Assembly: GCA_037130655.1 (NCBI GenBank)
Contig: JBAXSP010000002.1
Location: 77,125-141,124 of the forward strand
Source: a bacterium
Lineage (GTDB): Bacteria; Patescibacteriota; Minisyncoccia; Phycocordibacterales; UBA9973
DNA: 64,000 bases
Direction of reading: 5' to 3'
Made by a program: the position numbers and the translations under genes. Below, in pieces: positions 1 to 8,624 of the stretch. Below the pieces are notes generated by a model that did no database searches, was not told where the DNA came from, and saw only the letters and a list, made by a program, of their open reading frames with translations. The stretch's first letter is position 1; every line of letters begins with the position of its first letter.

Positions 1-342
1 ACTTCCCCACCGAGTCTTTTGGTTTCGTATCACCACATGAGCAAAATCAAATTGATACCATTTGTTGAAGTGTGTAATTCGTTCATTCACCAATCTAAGC
101 GCTTGCTCTTTGTGTTCTTTGAAATCTTTTGCCGAATAGTGTGCGAGCAATTTCTGTGGTCGCGGTGGACGACTTTTCATTTCAGTGATTTTCTCAGCAA
201 TCCAATCTTTCTTGCTTTCGACAAATCGCTCGGCAAAATATTTCGGCAAACGATACGGCATCGTTACCACCACTTCCCCATTTCCCTTCACAGAAATACG
301 AATACTTTTTGATCTTTTATTTTTCTTGATGATATATTCCAT
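1..342 (-). CDS. M48/YgjP (DUF45) family metallopeptidase-like protein, runs off the window edge
   Basis: Manual translation MEYIIKKNKRSKSIRISV...VIRNQKTRWGS; the SIRISV and QKTRWGS motifs are typical of YgjP/DUF45. Not in the supplied ORF track. Confidence 0.8.
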   Translation of the reverse strand, partial: MEYIIKKNKRSKSIRISVKGNGEVVVTMPYRLPKYFAERFVESKKDWIAEKITEMKSRPPRPQKLLAHYSAKDFKEHKEQALRLVNERITHFNKWYQFDFAHVVIRNQKTRWGS

Positions 343-417
343 AGCTTACACTCCAGACACAATATAACTATTCGCCTATTCGCGCGAATTAGGTATATTG
401 ATTTTTTAGTACTTCAA

Positions 418-789
418 TTATTTGCCGGGAATAAATTTCATTGAAATAGAATTCACACAGTGGCGGATGTTTTTGTCAGTCAGCCCTTCGCCAGTGAAGA
501 GGTGCCCCAAATGCCCACCACACTTCGCGCAAGTGATCTCTGTACGAAATCCGTCAGTATCAATACTCTTTTTTATCGCCCCAGGAATCTCATCATCAAA
601 ACTCGGCCAACCACAAGTCGTTTCAAATTTATAACTTGAATCATAGAGTGGTGCATTGCATTGTCGGCAGACATAGACACCAGTTTCTTTGGTGTTTACA
701 TATTCGCCAGTAAAAGGTAACTCTGTACCCTTATCAAGTATTATTCTTTCTTCTTCTTTTGTTAATTTGTTTTTTATTATATTACTCAT
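418..789 (-). CDS. msrB: Peptide-methionine (R)-S-oxide reductase
   Basis: GTELPFTG, CxxC, GWPSF, GHLGH, RHCVNS motifs; start placed at MSNII. Confidence 0.95.
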   Translation of the reverse strand: MSNIIKNKLTKEEERIILDKGTELPFTGEYVNTKETGVYVCRQCNAPLYDSSYKFETTCGWPSFDDEIPGAIKKSIDTDGFRTEITCAKCGGHLGHLFTGEGLTDKNIRHCVNSISMKFIPGK

Positions 790-816
790 ATTTTTCTGGA
801 TACTTTTTGGCATTCT

Positions 817-915
817 GTTCCTTACAGGAACTGTACACCTTTTGGATATATTTCTTCGTAAAACTCGAAATCTATCTCAAAAGGTCTTGCGCTTGTGTTG
901 CGACACAAGCTCACC
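817..915 (-). repeat. Dispersed structured repeat core, non-tRNA copy 1
   Basis: Minus strand GGTGAG-[hairpin]-CGCAAGACCTTTTGAGATAGATTTC...GAAATATATCCAAAAGGTGTAC-[GTTCCTGTAAGGAAC]; near-identical cores at 35915 and 45067. Confidence 0.9.
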
Positions 916-985
916 TTTGTCGATAATGACATGCTTTTCTACTTCAGTTAGTTCGTTTAGTTGCATAATGTTGCTCTCGTACAAA

Positions 986-1378
986 TTATTTAGAAAATCC
1001 AATCAAAAGCACATTACTCAAAGCCATCAGCAACATCAAAATTGCGGGCACACTTCGGACAATCGGATCTTTGACTTTGCTATGCATGGCAATAGCTCCG
1101 ATCATCAACAACACCAACAAAGCTGAAGCTGGATAGACGAGTATCGGTATCCAAAAACCAACGATCATTGCTGTAGCGATTAGTATTTTTGCAGCACCAA
1201 CCATGTACATGAACCACACTGGCAAACCGTAGGCCAAAAATTCAGCTTGCATACTCCCTGCACTTGCACCTCGGTACTTGGTAGGTTTGTTGAAACGTAC
1301 GAGCCAGACATTGACGAGACCGAGCGCGATTACTACTTGAAAAATAGAGACGATGTATAGTTGTATAGTTTGTGACAT
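986..1378 (-). CDS. DoxX-family membrane protein
   Basis: 4 TM helices, F..YGLP.W and MIGAIAMH motifs. Confidence 0.8.
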   Translation of the reverse strand: MSQTIQLYIVSIFQVVIALGLVNVWLVRFNKPTKYRGASAGSMQAEFLAYGLPVWFMYMVGAAKILIATAMIVGFWIPILVYPASALLVLLMIGAIAMHSKVKDPIVRSVPAILMLLMALSNVLLIGFSK

Positions 1379-1459
1379 ATAAAATAAGTCTTAAAAAAAT
1401 AATATGTATATTGTATCACACAGCACAAAGCCCGAGTGTACCCTCGGGCTTCAGCACTC

Positions 1460-1711
1460 TTATTTCTTCTTCCACCGTGGAGCGAAACGAATCATCCATG
1501 TGTAGAATTTTGCGAGCAGATACGGCGTACCGTGTTTGCGTATTGATTCATAACACACCTTTTGAAATTCTTTCAAATCAGTACCTTCATAACACAATTT
1601 GCCGTCCTTATAACAAAGACTGCAATAGATATCACTTTCTCGCACCCCAGTATCTTTACTAAACGGCATCAGACAACTCTGACACGCATTACATTTTTTG
1701 TTTTGTTCCAT
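1460..1711 (-). CDS. Putative zinc-ribbon protein
   Basis: CQSCLMP...YCSLCY...PRW pattern. Confidence 0.8.
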   Translation of the reverse strand: MEQNKKCNACQSCLMPFSKDTGVRESDIYCSLCYKDGKLCYEGTDLKEFQKVCYESIRKHGTPYLLAKFYTWMIRFAPRWKKK

Positions 1712-1776
1712 ATACGTTTATTTTACTACTTTTTGAAATACGGACAAATCCTCGTACGTCTTGATAATTTAGAAAT

Positions 1777-2700
1777 TTAAACTTTATTTTTTATAATATT
1801 TGAGGTAGATTCTGCTGTTTTTTCAACAATTCTTATTGCTTCTTTTACAGGTAAATCGGCACCTTGATCTGCAACATTTCTAGTAAATAAAGTATCAGCT
1901 ACTATCTGAGTAATAATTCCACGTTCGTGCTCGTTAGTTTCTGCATTATTTAAAACACCAAGATATGATTTTGCTACAACCTCTCTATTTTTATATTCCA
2001 TGTAGAGTTTTTTATAGTATGAATATTGAGCAACTATAAAATATAAAACAGTAAATCCAACCAGGTCTAAAGCTAGCATAGAGAGCATTTCTTGATATGT
2101 TAAATGAAATATAATCTTTGATAGCACAACAAAAATATCGTAAACAATTATTATTAAAAAAGCATATTTAGTTAGTTTAAGCCAGAAATCACGATCTTGT
2201 TTTAATCCATTTTTTCTCGCATCATCTTCTTTTGTTTTCAGTTCACCGTCTGCCATATTTGTATATGCTTCTGCTAATTTTTCCAGTGCTGATTCATTAA
2301 ATTTAAATATTCTAGTATCATAATCAGTCATCTTTTTTTCATAATCTACTAAGCGATTATTTATTGTATCAATAGAGGATTGCTTAGTTGGTAATTCAGT
2401 ATTTAAAATTTGAGAAATTTCATTTTGTTTTGAAATTAAATCATTCTGTATATTATTTATTATACCTTGATGCGTATTTAGCTTGTTTTCATGGTCATTA
2501 ATTTGATTTGAATTACTTTGCAATCTTTGTTCATGACCATTAAATTGAGTTTGTGTTTGATTTTGATTTGTGTTTATTTGAGATTCTAGCTGATCTATAT
2601 TTTGATAGACTTCTGCGTCCACATCTGCAATCCAAGAATTTACCCCTCCTTGATTTCTTGTATTCCCATTATGTTGATTAAATTGATTTCTTATTGACAT
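1777..2700 (-). CDS. Hypothetical coiled-coil protein with two TM helices
   Basis: Q/N-rich heptad N-terminal region, two hydrophobic segments, very AT-rich. Confidence 0.75.
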   Translation of the reverse strand: MSIRNQFNQHNGNTRNQGGVNSWIADVDAEVYQNIDQLESQINTNQNQTQTQFNGHEQRLQSNSNQINDHENKLNTHQGIINNIQNDLISKQNEISQILNTELPTKQSSIDTINNRLVDYEKKMTDYDTRIFKFNESALEKLAEAYTNMADGELKTKEDDARKNGLKQDRDFWLKLTKYAFLIIIVYDIFVVLSKIIFHLTYQEMLSMLALDLVGFTVLYFIVAQYSYYKKLYMEYKNREVVAKSYLGVLNNAETNEHERGIITQIVADTLFTRNVADQGADLPVKEAIRIVEKTAESTSNIIKNKV

Positions 2701-2740
2701 GCATTTTCTATAATTAAATTTGTAATTGTGGATAACTGCT

Positions 2741-2769
2741 TAGACTTTCGGTTTTTGTTCGGTTATAAT
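2741..2769 (+). promoter_or_regulatory. Sigma70 promoter of the lexA-MTase gene with a candidate operator in the spacer
   Basis: TAGACT-17 bp-TATAAT; TTCGG direct repeat at 2747-2751 and 2758-2762. Confidence 0.6.
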
Positions 2770-2802
2770 TAAATTGTAGCAAAATATATTTTATATAGCA
2801 AT

Positions 2803-4380
2803 ATGCAAACACTAACAAAAAAACAAAAAGATGTGCTAGATTTTATAAATAGTTATATTTCTGAAAACGGCATCTCTCCTACTATCGAGGAGACTCGTAA
2901 AAAATTAAAACTCAAAGCAGTTTCCACTGTGCACGAACACATAAATACATTAAAAGAAAAAGGCTATCTTTCAAAATCTCAAAACTTGGCACGGGGTCTA
3001 TCTCCTAAGAAAGAACTTGGATCAGTTATTGAAATTCCGATACTGGGAAGCATAAAAGCTGGATACCCGCTCGAAGCAATCGAAGAAAAAATAGGCTCAA
3101 TCTCTGTCGTAAACCCACAAATCAAATCATCTTCTGATTATTATGCACTCCGTGTTGTAGGTGACTCTATGATAGATGACGGAATTTTTGACGGAGATAT
3201 TGTAATTATCAAAAAACAATCTTCTGCAGAAAACGGACAAACTGTTGTTGCTATTATTGATGACAATGAAGCTACTTTAAAAAAAATATATAGAAAAGGG
3301 AAAGGTTACAATTTGGAAGCAAGAAATCCAAATATGCCGACACTATTTAGAACCGATGTAGAAGTTAGAGGTGTAGTAGTTCAAGTTATTAGTAATATCA
3401 ATAATGAGCCTGTAAAAAGCATTGAAAAGAAAAATAAACATGGATTTAATACCATTGATCTTTTTGCTGGTGTTGGAGGTATTCGTATAGGCTTTGAAAA
3501 TGCCGGATTTAAAACTGTCTTTGCAAACGATTTTGAGCCAAAATGTAAAGATACTTATGATTTAAATTTTAGAACCTCAAAGTTAATTGTTGAAGATATT
3601 CGAAAAATCGAAATTGACGATTTGCCTAAGTTTGATTTTTTATTAGGAGGATTTCCCTGTCAGGCTTTTTCTATTGCTGGATACAGAAAAGGTTTTGATG
3701 ACCCTAAAAATAGAGGCAATCTTTTTTTTGACATTGCAAAAATACTCGAAAAAAGAAAACCGGAAGGGTTTATGCTTGAAAATGTTAAAAATCTTAAAAG
3801 CCATGACGGAGGCAACACTTTTAGAATTATCGAAGAAACTTTGAAGGATTTAGATTACTATGTAAAATCTAAAGTTTTAAACACTATGGATTACGGAAAT
3901 GTTCCTCAAAATAGAGAACGTATTTATATTGTTGGGTTTAGAAATAAGGATTATTATGAACAATTTACATTTCCTGAACCAGTAAAACTTACAACAAAAA
4001 TTACTGATCTGCTTGAAAAAAATGTTGATCAAAAATATTACTATAATGATAAACCTCTTTTTGAAAAACTTAAAAAAGATGTAAAAGAAGAAGGCAAGGT
4101 ATATCAATGGCGTAGACAATATGTCAGAGAAAACAAAAGTGGAGTATGTCCAACACTTACAGCCAATATGGGTACTGGTGGACATAATGTACCTATCATT
4201 AAAGACAAGAAAGGTGTTCGCAAATTAACACCTCTTGAATGTTTTAGAATTCAAGGATTTCCTAAAGACTACATATTGCCGAAGATTTCTGATTCCGCTT
4301 TGTATAAACAAGCTGGAAACTCAGTAAGTGTACCTGTGATAGAAGCAGTATCGAAACAAATGATAAAAGTAATGAAATAG
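2803..4380 (+). CDS. lexA: LexA repressor fused to a DNA (cytosine-5)-methyltransferase
   Basis: LexA wHTH (LTKKQ, PTIEE), Ala-Gly site (IKAGYP), GDSM and TLKK catalytic residues; then C5-MTase motifs FAGVGG, GGFPCQ, ENV, QNRERIY, YKQAGNSV in one ORF. Confidence 0.92.
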   Translation: MQTLTKKQKDVLDFINSYISENGISPTIEETRKKLKLKAVSTVHEHINTLKEKGYLSKSQNLARGLSPKKELGSVIEIPILGSIKAGYPLEAIEEKIGSISVVNPQIKSSSDYYALRVVGDSMIDDGIFDGDIVIIKKQSSAENGQTVVAIIDDNEATLKKIYRKGKGYNLEARNPNMPTLFRTDVEVRGVVVQVISNINNEPVKSIEKKNKHGFNTIDLFAGVGGIRIGFENAGFKTVFANDFEPKCKDTYDLNFRTSKLIVEDIRKIEIDDLPKFDFLLGGFPCQAFSIAGYRKGFDDPKNRGNLFFDIAKILEKRKPEGFMLENVKNLKSHDGGNTFRIIEETLKDLDYYVKSKVLNTMDYGNVPQNRERIYIVGFRNKDYYEQFTFPEPVKLTTKITDLLEKNVDQKYYYNDKPLFEKLKKDVKEEGKVYQWRRQYVRENKSGVCPTLTANMGTGGHNVPIIKDKKGVRKLTPLECFRIQGFPKDYILPKISDSALYKQAGNSVSVPVIEAVSKQMIKVMK

Positions 4381-4381
4381 A

Positions 4382-4945
4382 TTACCAAACTTTTACATTT
4401 TTAGCTATTGGTTTTATTTTATTTTTTATAATTATATCTTTTTTAATACTAAATCGAGGTCTTTTGCTTTGTCCTTGTTGATCTTTCATTGTTTGGCCTT
4501 TATTAACCTTATTAGCGTATATAAATTTATTTGGAATTAAATAAACATTGAAAGTACCGTCTAACTTGCCTTCGTTATAAAAATCTAGAAAGTACAAATC
4601 ATCCCACTCAGTACGAGGTCCAAAAGAAGTTAAGTCTTCATTTATACTACTGGCTTTTATTTGTTCTCTTCTTTTTTTAGTAAGATTTACAGTATCAAAA
4701 GAAACTGTTCCTATTCCTTTTATTTTTCTTTGATAGCGTACTGATTTAGAAAAAACACAAAACATGCCTTCTGAGATAACTTCTGGAATATTAACCTTTC
4801 TCCCATATTTTTCTAAACCTGCATTGAGTACTTTCCAAATATCAAAAAGCTCTTTAAATATTTTACCGTCTTCCTTATCTAAAAAAGCAACCTCAATTTC
4901 AATATCATTACCGGCTAATTTAATTTTCTGATTCTGTAATTTCAT
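4382..4945 (-). CDS. Type II restriction endonuclease, Bsp6I/LlaDII-like
   Basis: NIPEVISE, QIKASS, DLTSFGP..EWD.LYF, QQ.Q..RPRFSI motifs recalled from the Bsp6I family; convergent with a C5-MTase. Confidence 0.75.
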   Translation of the reverse strand: MKLQNQKIKLAGNDIEIEVAFLDKEDGKIFKELFDIWKVLNAGLEKYGRKVNIPEVISEGMFCVFSKSVRYQRKIKGIGTVSFDTVNLTKKRREQIKASSINEDLTSFGPRTEWDDLYFLDFYNEGKLDGTFNVYLIPNKFIYANKVNKGQTMKDQQGQSKRPRFSIKKDIIIKNKIKPIAKNVKVW

Positions 4946-5035
4946 TAAGCTTATTTTATACTGTTAAATAATCTAGTCAAATAGTAAAATTCCAAAATAC
5001 AAGCTATTGTTTGGCAATAGTGGTACAGTAGAAGT

Positions 5036-5314
5036 ATGACCGACTTATTACAGATGCACGTATTCTTTTTTATCTCCTCTATTGGCTTCATTGTGGTGAC
5101 TATTTTGGTCAGTATTCTGATTGTCCGGATTATTCGTATCACGCACGCATTTGAGATCTTGCTCACCAAAGCAAGTGCCCAAATAGCGACAATCGGTGAC
5201 ACCACACAAGAGATGATAGACGATATTCACGACAGTACCTTTTTCAACTTCTTATTCAAAGGTCGTAGTAAACACACAAAAACAAAAGTCTCGCACCGTG
5301 CGAAAAAAGAATAA
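5036..5314 (+). CDS. Small single-TM hypothetical protein
   Basis: N-terminal TM, helical middle, basic tail. Confidence 0.7.
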   Translation: MTDLLQMHVFFFISSIGFIVVTILVSILIVRIIRITHAFEILLTKASAQIATIGDTTQEMIDDIHDSTFFNFLFKGRSKHTKTKVSHRAKKE

Positions 5315-5334
5315 TAACTAATCAAGAATCATTT

Positions 5335-5715
5335 ATGGCAAAAACAAAGAAGACAACAGGAGCAAATCCACTCAAGATCATTGGCGTCGGAGTCGGTATC
5401 GCAGCACTATCACTCACCAGCTATCTATTGCTCGGAGAACACAGCAAGAAGAATCGCAAAGCAGTCAAAGCATGGGCATTCAAAATGAAAGCCGAAGTTG
5501 CTGAAAAATTGGAACACATGCAAGAAGTTACTCAACCAGTGTATGAAAAAGTCGTCCATGAAGTAGCGGACAAATACAAGAAGCTCAAAAACATTGATGC
5601 AGAAGAAGTTGAAACAGAATTGAACCATTTGAAAAAGGAATGGCACAAGCTGACAAAAAGTTCAAAATCCCCTGTTTCGAAAAAGAAGGTAGTGAAGAAA
5701 GTTTCAAAGAAATAA
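5335..5715 (+). CDS. Hypothetical membrane-anchored helical protein (YtxH-like)
   Basis: Gly-rich TM then amphipathic helices; terminator follows. Confidence 0.7.
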   Translation: MAKTKKTTGANPLKIIGVGVGIAALSLTSYLLLGEHSKKNRKAVKAWAFKMKAEVAEKLEHMQEVTQPVYEKVVHEVADKYKKLKNIDAEEVETELNHLKKEWHKLTKSSKSPVSKKKVVKKVSKK

Positions 5716-5723
5716 AATGCAAA

Positions 5724-5750
5724 ATAAAAACCGACAGTGTCGGTTTTTAT
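5724..5750. terminator. Intrinsic terminator hairpin
   Basis: ATAAAAACCGACA-G-TGTCGGTTTTTAT. Confidence 0.75.
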
Positions 5751-5863
5751 GTTGTTATTTCAAACACTTTTTGATCAGAGACAAGCTAGATTGAAGAAAT
5801 TGGTTTATCTAAATGGTCAGCGAGGCTGTGAATAATGATGGAAATGGTTTTTTCCACATGAGA

Positions 5864-5893
5864 TTGACTATAAATAAAGGTATGTGGTATACT
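5864..5893 (+). promoter_or_regulatory. Strong promoter-like sequence pointing antisense into the NYN gene
   Basis: TTGACT-18 bp-TATACT with an extended -10 TG. Confidence 0.5.
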
Positions 5894-5921
5894 AAAACCA
5901 ATCAGAAGAAACCCTGACAAG

Positions 5922-6434
5922 TCAAGTGCTTGTCGGGGGTTTTTCATTTAAGACATCGTCACCAAAATCTGTAATAAAACTTAATTTTGTAAACTCTCTT
6001 CTTTTTATAACTCTTGAGCAAGATTTTGGATCAGTTGCAACAACCTTTACTTCAAGATTTTTTGAGTTTGCAAAGTCTAAAATATGAGCAAAGTCTCCGT
6101 CACCACTACATAAAATTATTTTACTCACAAAGTTGAAATCAACGTCGTATGTAATTCTGCGAGAAATCTCTACGTCGCAATTTGCCTTTTGCTTATTGTT
6201 TTCATTATATATCTCCTTAAAAACCAGTTCTACTCCAGAACCTTGTAATTCCAAAAAATAATTCTCCATACTTTTGAATCTACCGGTAAAATACACTACT
6301 TTTTCTGATCTATATTTATCTTTTAACTTATTAATTAGTCTAAATATATTAAAATCTAAATTTATATTTTTTGCAAATAAAATAATATTTGCAGCATCTA
6401 TATATATTATTATTTTATCTTTGCTGTTTTCCAT
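5922..6434 (-). CDS. NYN domain (LabA/DUF88, PIN-like) protein
   Basis: IYIDAAN, KANCDVE, SGDGDF acidic motifs. Confidence 0.9.
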   Translation of the reverse strand: MENSKDKIIIYIDAANIILFAKNINLDFNIFRLINKLKDKYRSEKVVYFTGRFKSMENYFLELQGSGVELVFKEIYNENNKQKANCDVEISRRITYDVDFNFVSKIILCSGDGDFAHILDFANSKNLEVKVVATDPKSCSRVIKRREFTKLSFITDFGDDVLNEKPPTST

Positions 6435-6454
6435 ATGATATATTTTATCATGAA

Positions 6455-6712
6455 TTAATCTGAAATTTCAAAAATTTTTTGTTTCGAAATTTGACCAGAG
6501 ACGAGTGTGACACAAGACGGAGACGTTTCGAAATACTTCGCCAAGGCTTTGATGACGGCATTATTTGCCTTGCCATCTACTGGCGGTTCTTTGACTGAGA
6601 CTTTGTAGATCTCCATGTCTTTTTGCAATCCGAACAGAGCGAGTGTCGCCTGCGACACTCGCTCCACCTTTTCCTCTTTTGCATTTGCTTTAACCTTAAC
6701 GATGATTTTCAT
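6455..6712 (-). CDS. DUF167/YggU family protein
   Basis: VKVKANAK, PPVDGKAN, LVSG..SKQK. Confidence 0.9.
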   Translation of the reverse strand: MKIIVKVKANAKEEKVERVSQATLALFGLQKDMEIYKVSVKEPPVDGKANNAVIKALAKYFETSPSCVTLVSGQISKQKIFEISD

Positions 6713-6715
6713 ACG

Positions 6716-7861
6716 TTATTTATCAGTAAAAATTTTTAGATATTCTTTATGAACATACAAAGAAGGGCGCGTACCTTCTGCTTTACGATGTAAAGAAAGA
6801 ATACCTGTATCAATAAGCTTATCAATAAATTTTAATGCCCCGGGTTTTGTCTGTCCAATCCAATCAGCAATAACAGTAGATGAGACAATAGGATCTTTAT
6901 ATAGCTTTTGAATTACTTTTACAGCAATATCAGAAGTTTTTTTACTGAATTGAGCAACAATAGCCAAATCACGATCACGTAATTTAGTTACTTTTTTTGA
7001 TATTTCTATTGCTTCCTCTGCTGTATCAATTACAGCATCAACAAAGAATTCAAGCCACGGGACAATATCACCATTATGATATTGATTGAGTTTTTGATAA
7101 TAAACTTTTTGATGTTTCTTAAAGTAGGAAGAGAGAAATAATGCTGGCAAGTCCAAATACTTATGATGAATTAAATAAAAAGTAATCATTAATCGTCCTG
7201 CGCGACCATTTCCATCCAAAAAAGGGTGGATTGTTTCAAATTGAGCATGCAAAAGACCCGCATCAATAATAGGATGCACAAAAGGAGTATGCATAAATTT
7301 TTCTAAATCATTCAATGGGGCATCTATTTCTTCTGGTGCAGGAGGAACAAAACTCGCATTATCTGGTCGAGTTCCACCAATCCAGTTTTGAGTTTTCCTA
7401 AATTCTCCAGGATCTGCAAAATGAGTAGAGCGTGCTTCTTGCATTAATTCTCGATGAAGTTCTCGGATAAAACGAAGTACGAAGGGAAATTCATCTTTTG
7501 CTAATCTATCTAATCCATAATTTAATGCTTGAACATAGTGAGAGATATCGTCGGCATCTGTCCCATCACGACTAGTTGGATCTGCCACATATTCAAATGC
7601 ATCAATCAAAGTTGCTTTTGTTCCCTCAATTTGTGAAGATGAGGTCGCGTCTTTCATCACATATGAACTTATAAAATAATCAACATCAGGAAGAAGAACC
7701 GTAATGCCAGAAAGTTTTCCTAAGAGAAATTGTGCATGATTCGATTTTTGAATTAATGCAACAGGAATAACATTCTTAATGTCATCTGAAGGAAAAGATA
7801 GCAGGGATATATATGTATACCCGTTTTTATGATTTTTTGTTGTTCCTATAATATTCTTCAT
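6716..7861 (-). CDS. Fic family protein with probable C-terminal HTH
   Basis: SSQIEGT and HPFLDGNGRAGR motifs. Confidence 0.93.
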   Translation of the reverse strand: MKNIIGTTKNHKNGYTYISLLSFPSDDIKNVIPVALIQKSNHAQFLLGKLSGITVLLPDVDYFISSYVMKDATSSSQIEGTKATLIDAFEYVADPTSRDGTDADDISHYVQALNYGLDRLAKDEFPFVLRFIRELHRELMQEARSTHFADPGEFRKTQNWIGGTRPDNASFVPPAPEEIDAPLNDLEKFMHTPFVHPIIDAGLLHAQFETIHPFLDGNGRAGRLMITFYLIHHKYLDLPALFLSSYFKKHQKVYYQKLNQYHNGDIVPWLEFFVDAVIDTAEEAIEISKKVTKLRDRDLAIVAQFSKKTSDIAVKVIQKLYKDPIVSSTVIADWIGQTKPGALKFIDKLIDTGILSLHRKAEGTRPSLYVHKEYLKIFTDK

Positions 7862-7888
7862 ATATCAGTTTGGTTTATACTAATTTGT

Positions 7889-7928
7889 TAGTGTAAACTA
7901 ATATAGCATTTTAGTTTACACTAGTCAA
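7889..7928 (-). promoter_or_regulatory. fic promoter overlapped by a 13-bp perfect inverted repeat (candidate operator)
   Basis: Minus strand TTGACT-17-TATATT; TAGTGTAAACTAA (7889-7901) / TTAGTTTACACTA (7911-7923). Confidence 0.65.
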
Positions 7929-7939
7929 CTAGCGTAAAC

Positions 7940-8620
7940 TTACTTCACAAAATGAATGCTTTGGATTATTTGATCTACGATTTTTTCGTATGCTTCCGTA
8001 TTTTTGATATCTTCGTCATTGAGGGCCAAACTTGGATCATCCTGTTTGAGAGGTACCGCGTAAGAATCAATTTGATAAATATCTGTTCCATACGGAATGT
8101 AGATTGAGATCAAATCATAGTATCCGCCAGTGATTTGAGTGTTTGACTGGAAACGAACTTTGTACGCATTTATTCCATCGATAGTGATACTTTCTTTTGC
8201 AAGTGAGTCGTAAAAACTTTGTTTTTCAAATTCGGGAGAATTAATATCGAACCATTTTTCTATTGAGAGTTTTTTAGGATTTTCGTTTTTATCAAAGAAA
8301 AATCTTACTGGAGTATATTCTGTACTAGTTTTTTGTCCAGTAAATCGATCATTTCCGACTGATTTTATTTTTAAGTTTAAATTAATAGTATCTTTTTCAT
8401 CTACAAGAAATTCAAAATTATTTGAATAATTAAAAACCAAATTTCCTATTTGTTTTTCTTTATCTAAAACAATTTCTTCAGACTCTTTTTTAGTTTCTTG
8501 ATTTTGTACTTGTGGGACAAATACTGGTTGGACAGCGCGAGACATTTGTACATATTGCACATAAAACAACACTCCTGCGAGTACCAAAATAATACCTAAA
8601 ACGATAAGTAGTTTTTTCAT
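7940..8620 (-). CDS. Membrane-anchored PsbP-like hypothetical protein
   Basis: N-terminal TM, ITIDGINA and DQIIQSIHF motifs typical of PsbP-related proteins. Confidence 0.65.
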   Translation of the reverse strand: MKKLLIVLGIILVLAGVLFYVQYVQMSRAVQPVFVPQVQNQETKKESEEIVLDKEKQIGNLVFNYSNNFEFLVDEKDTINLNLKIKSVGNDRFTGQKTSTEYTPVRFFFDKNENPKKLSIEKWFDINSPEFEKQSFYDSLAKESITIDGINAYKVRFQSNTQITGGYYDLISIYIPYGTDIYQIDSYAVPLKQDDPSLALNDEDIKNTEAYEKIVDQIIQSIHFVK

Positions 8621-8624
8621 ATAA

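Noticed and set aside
2727-2735. Perfect DnaA box TGTGGATAA upstream of the lexA-MTase promoter
   Set aside because: A single 9-mer in 64 kb of AT-rich DNA is compatible with chance; no cluster indicating oriC.
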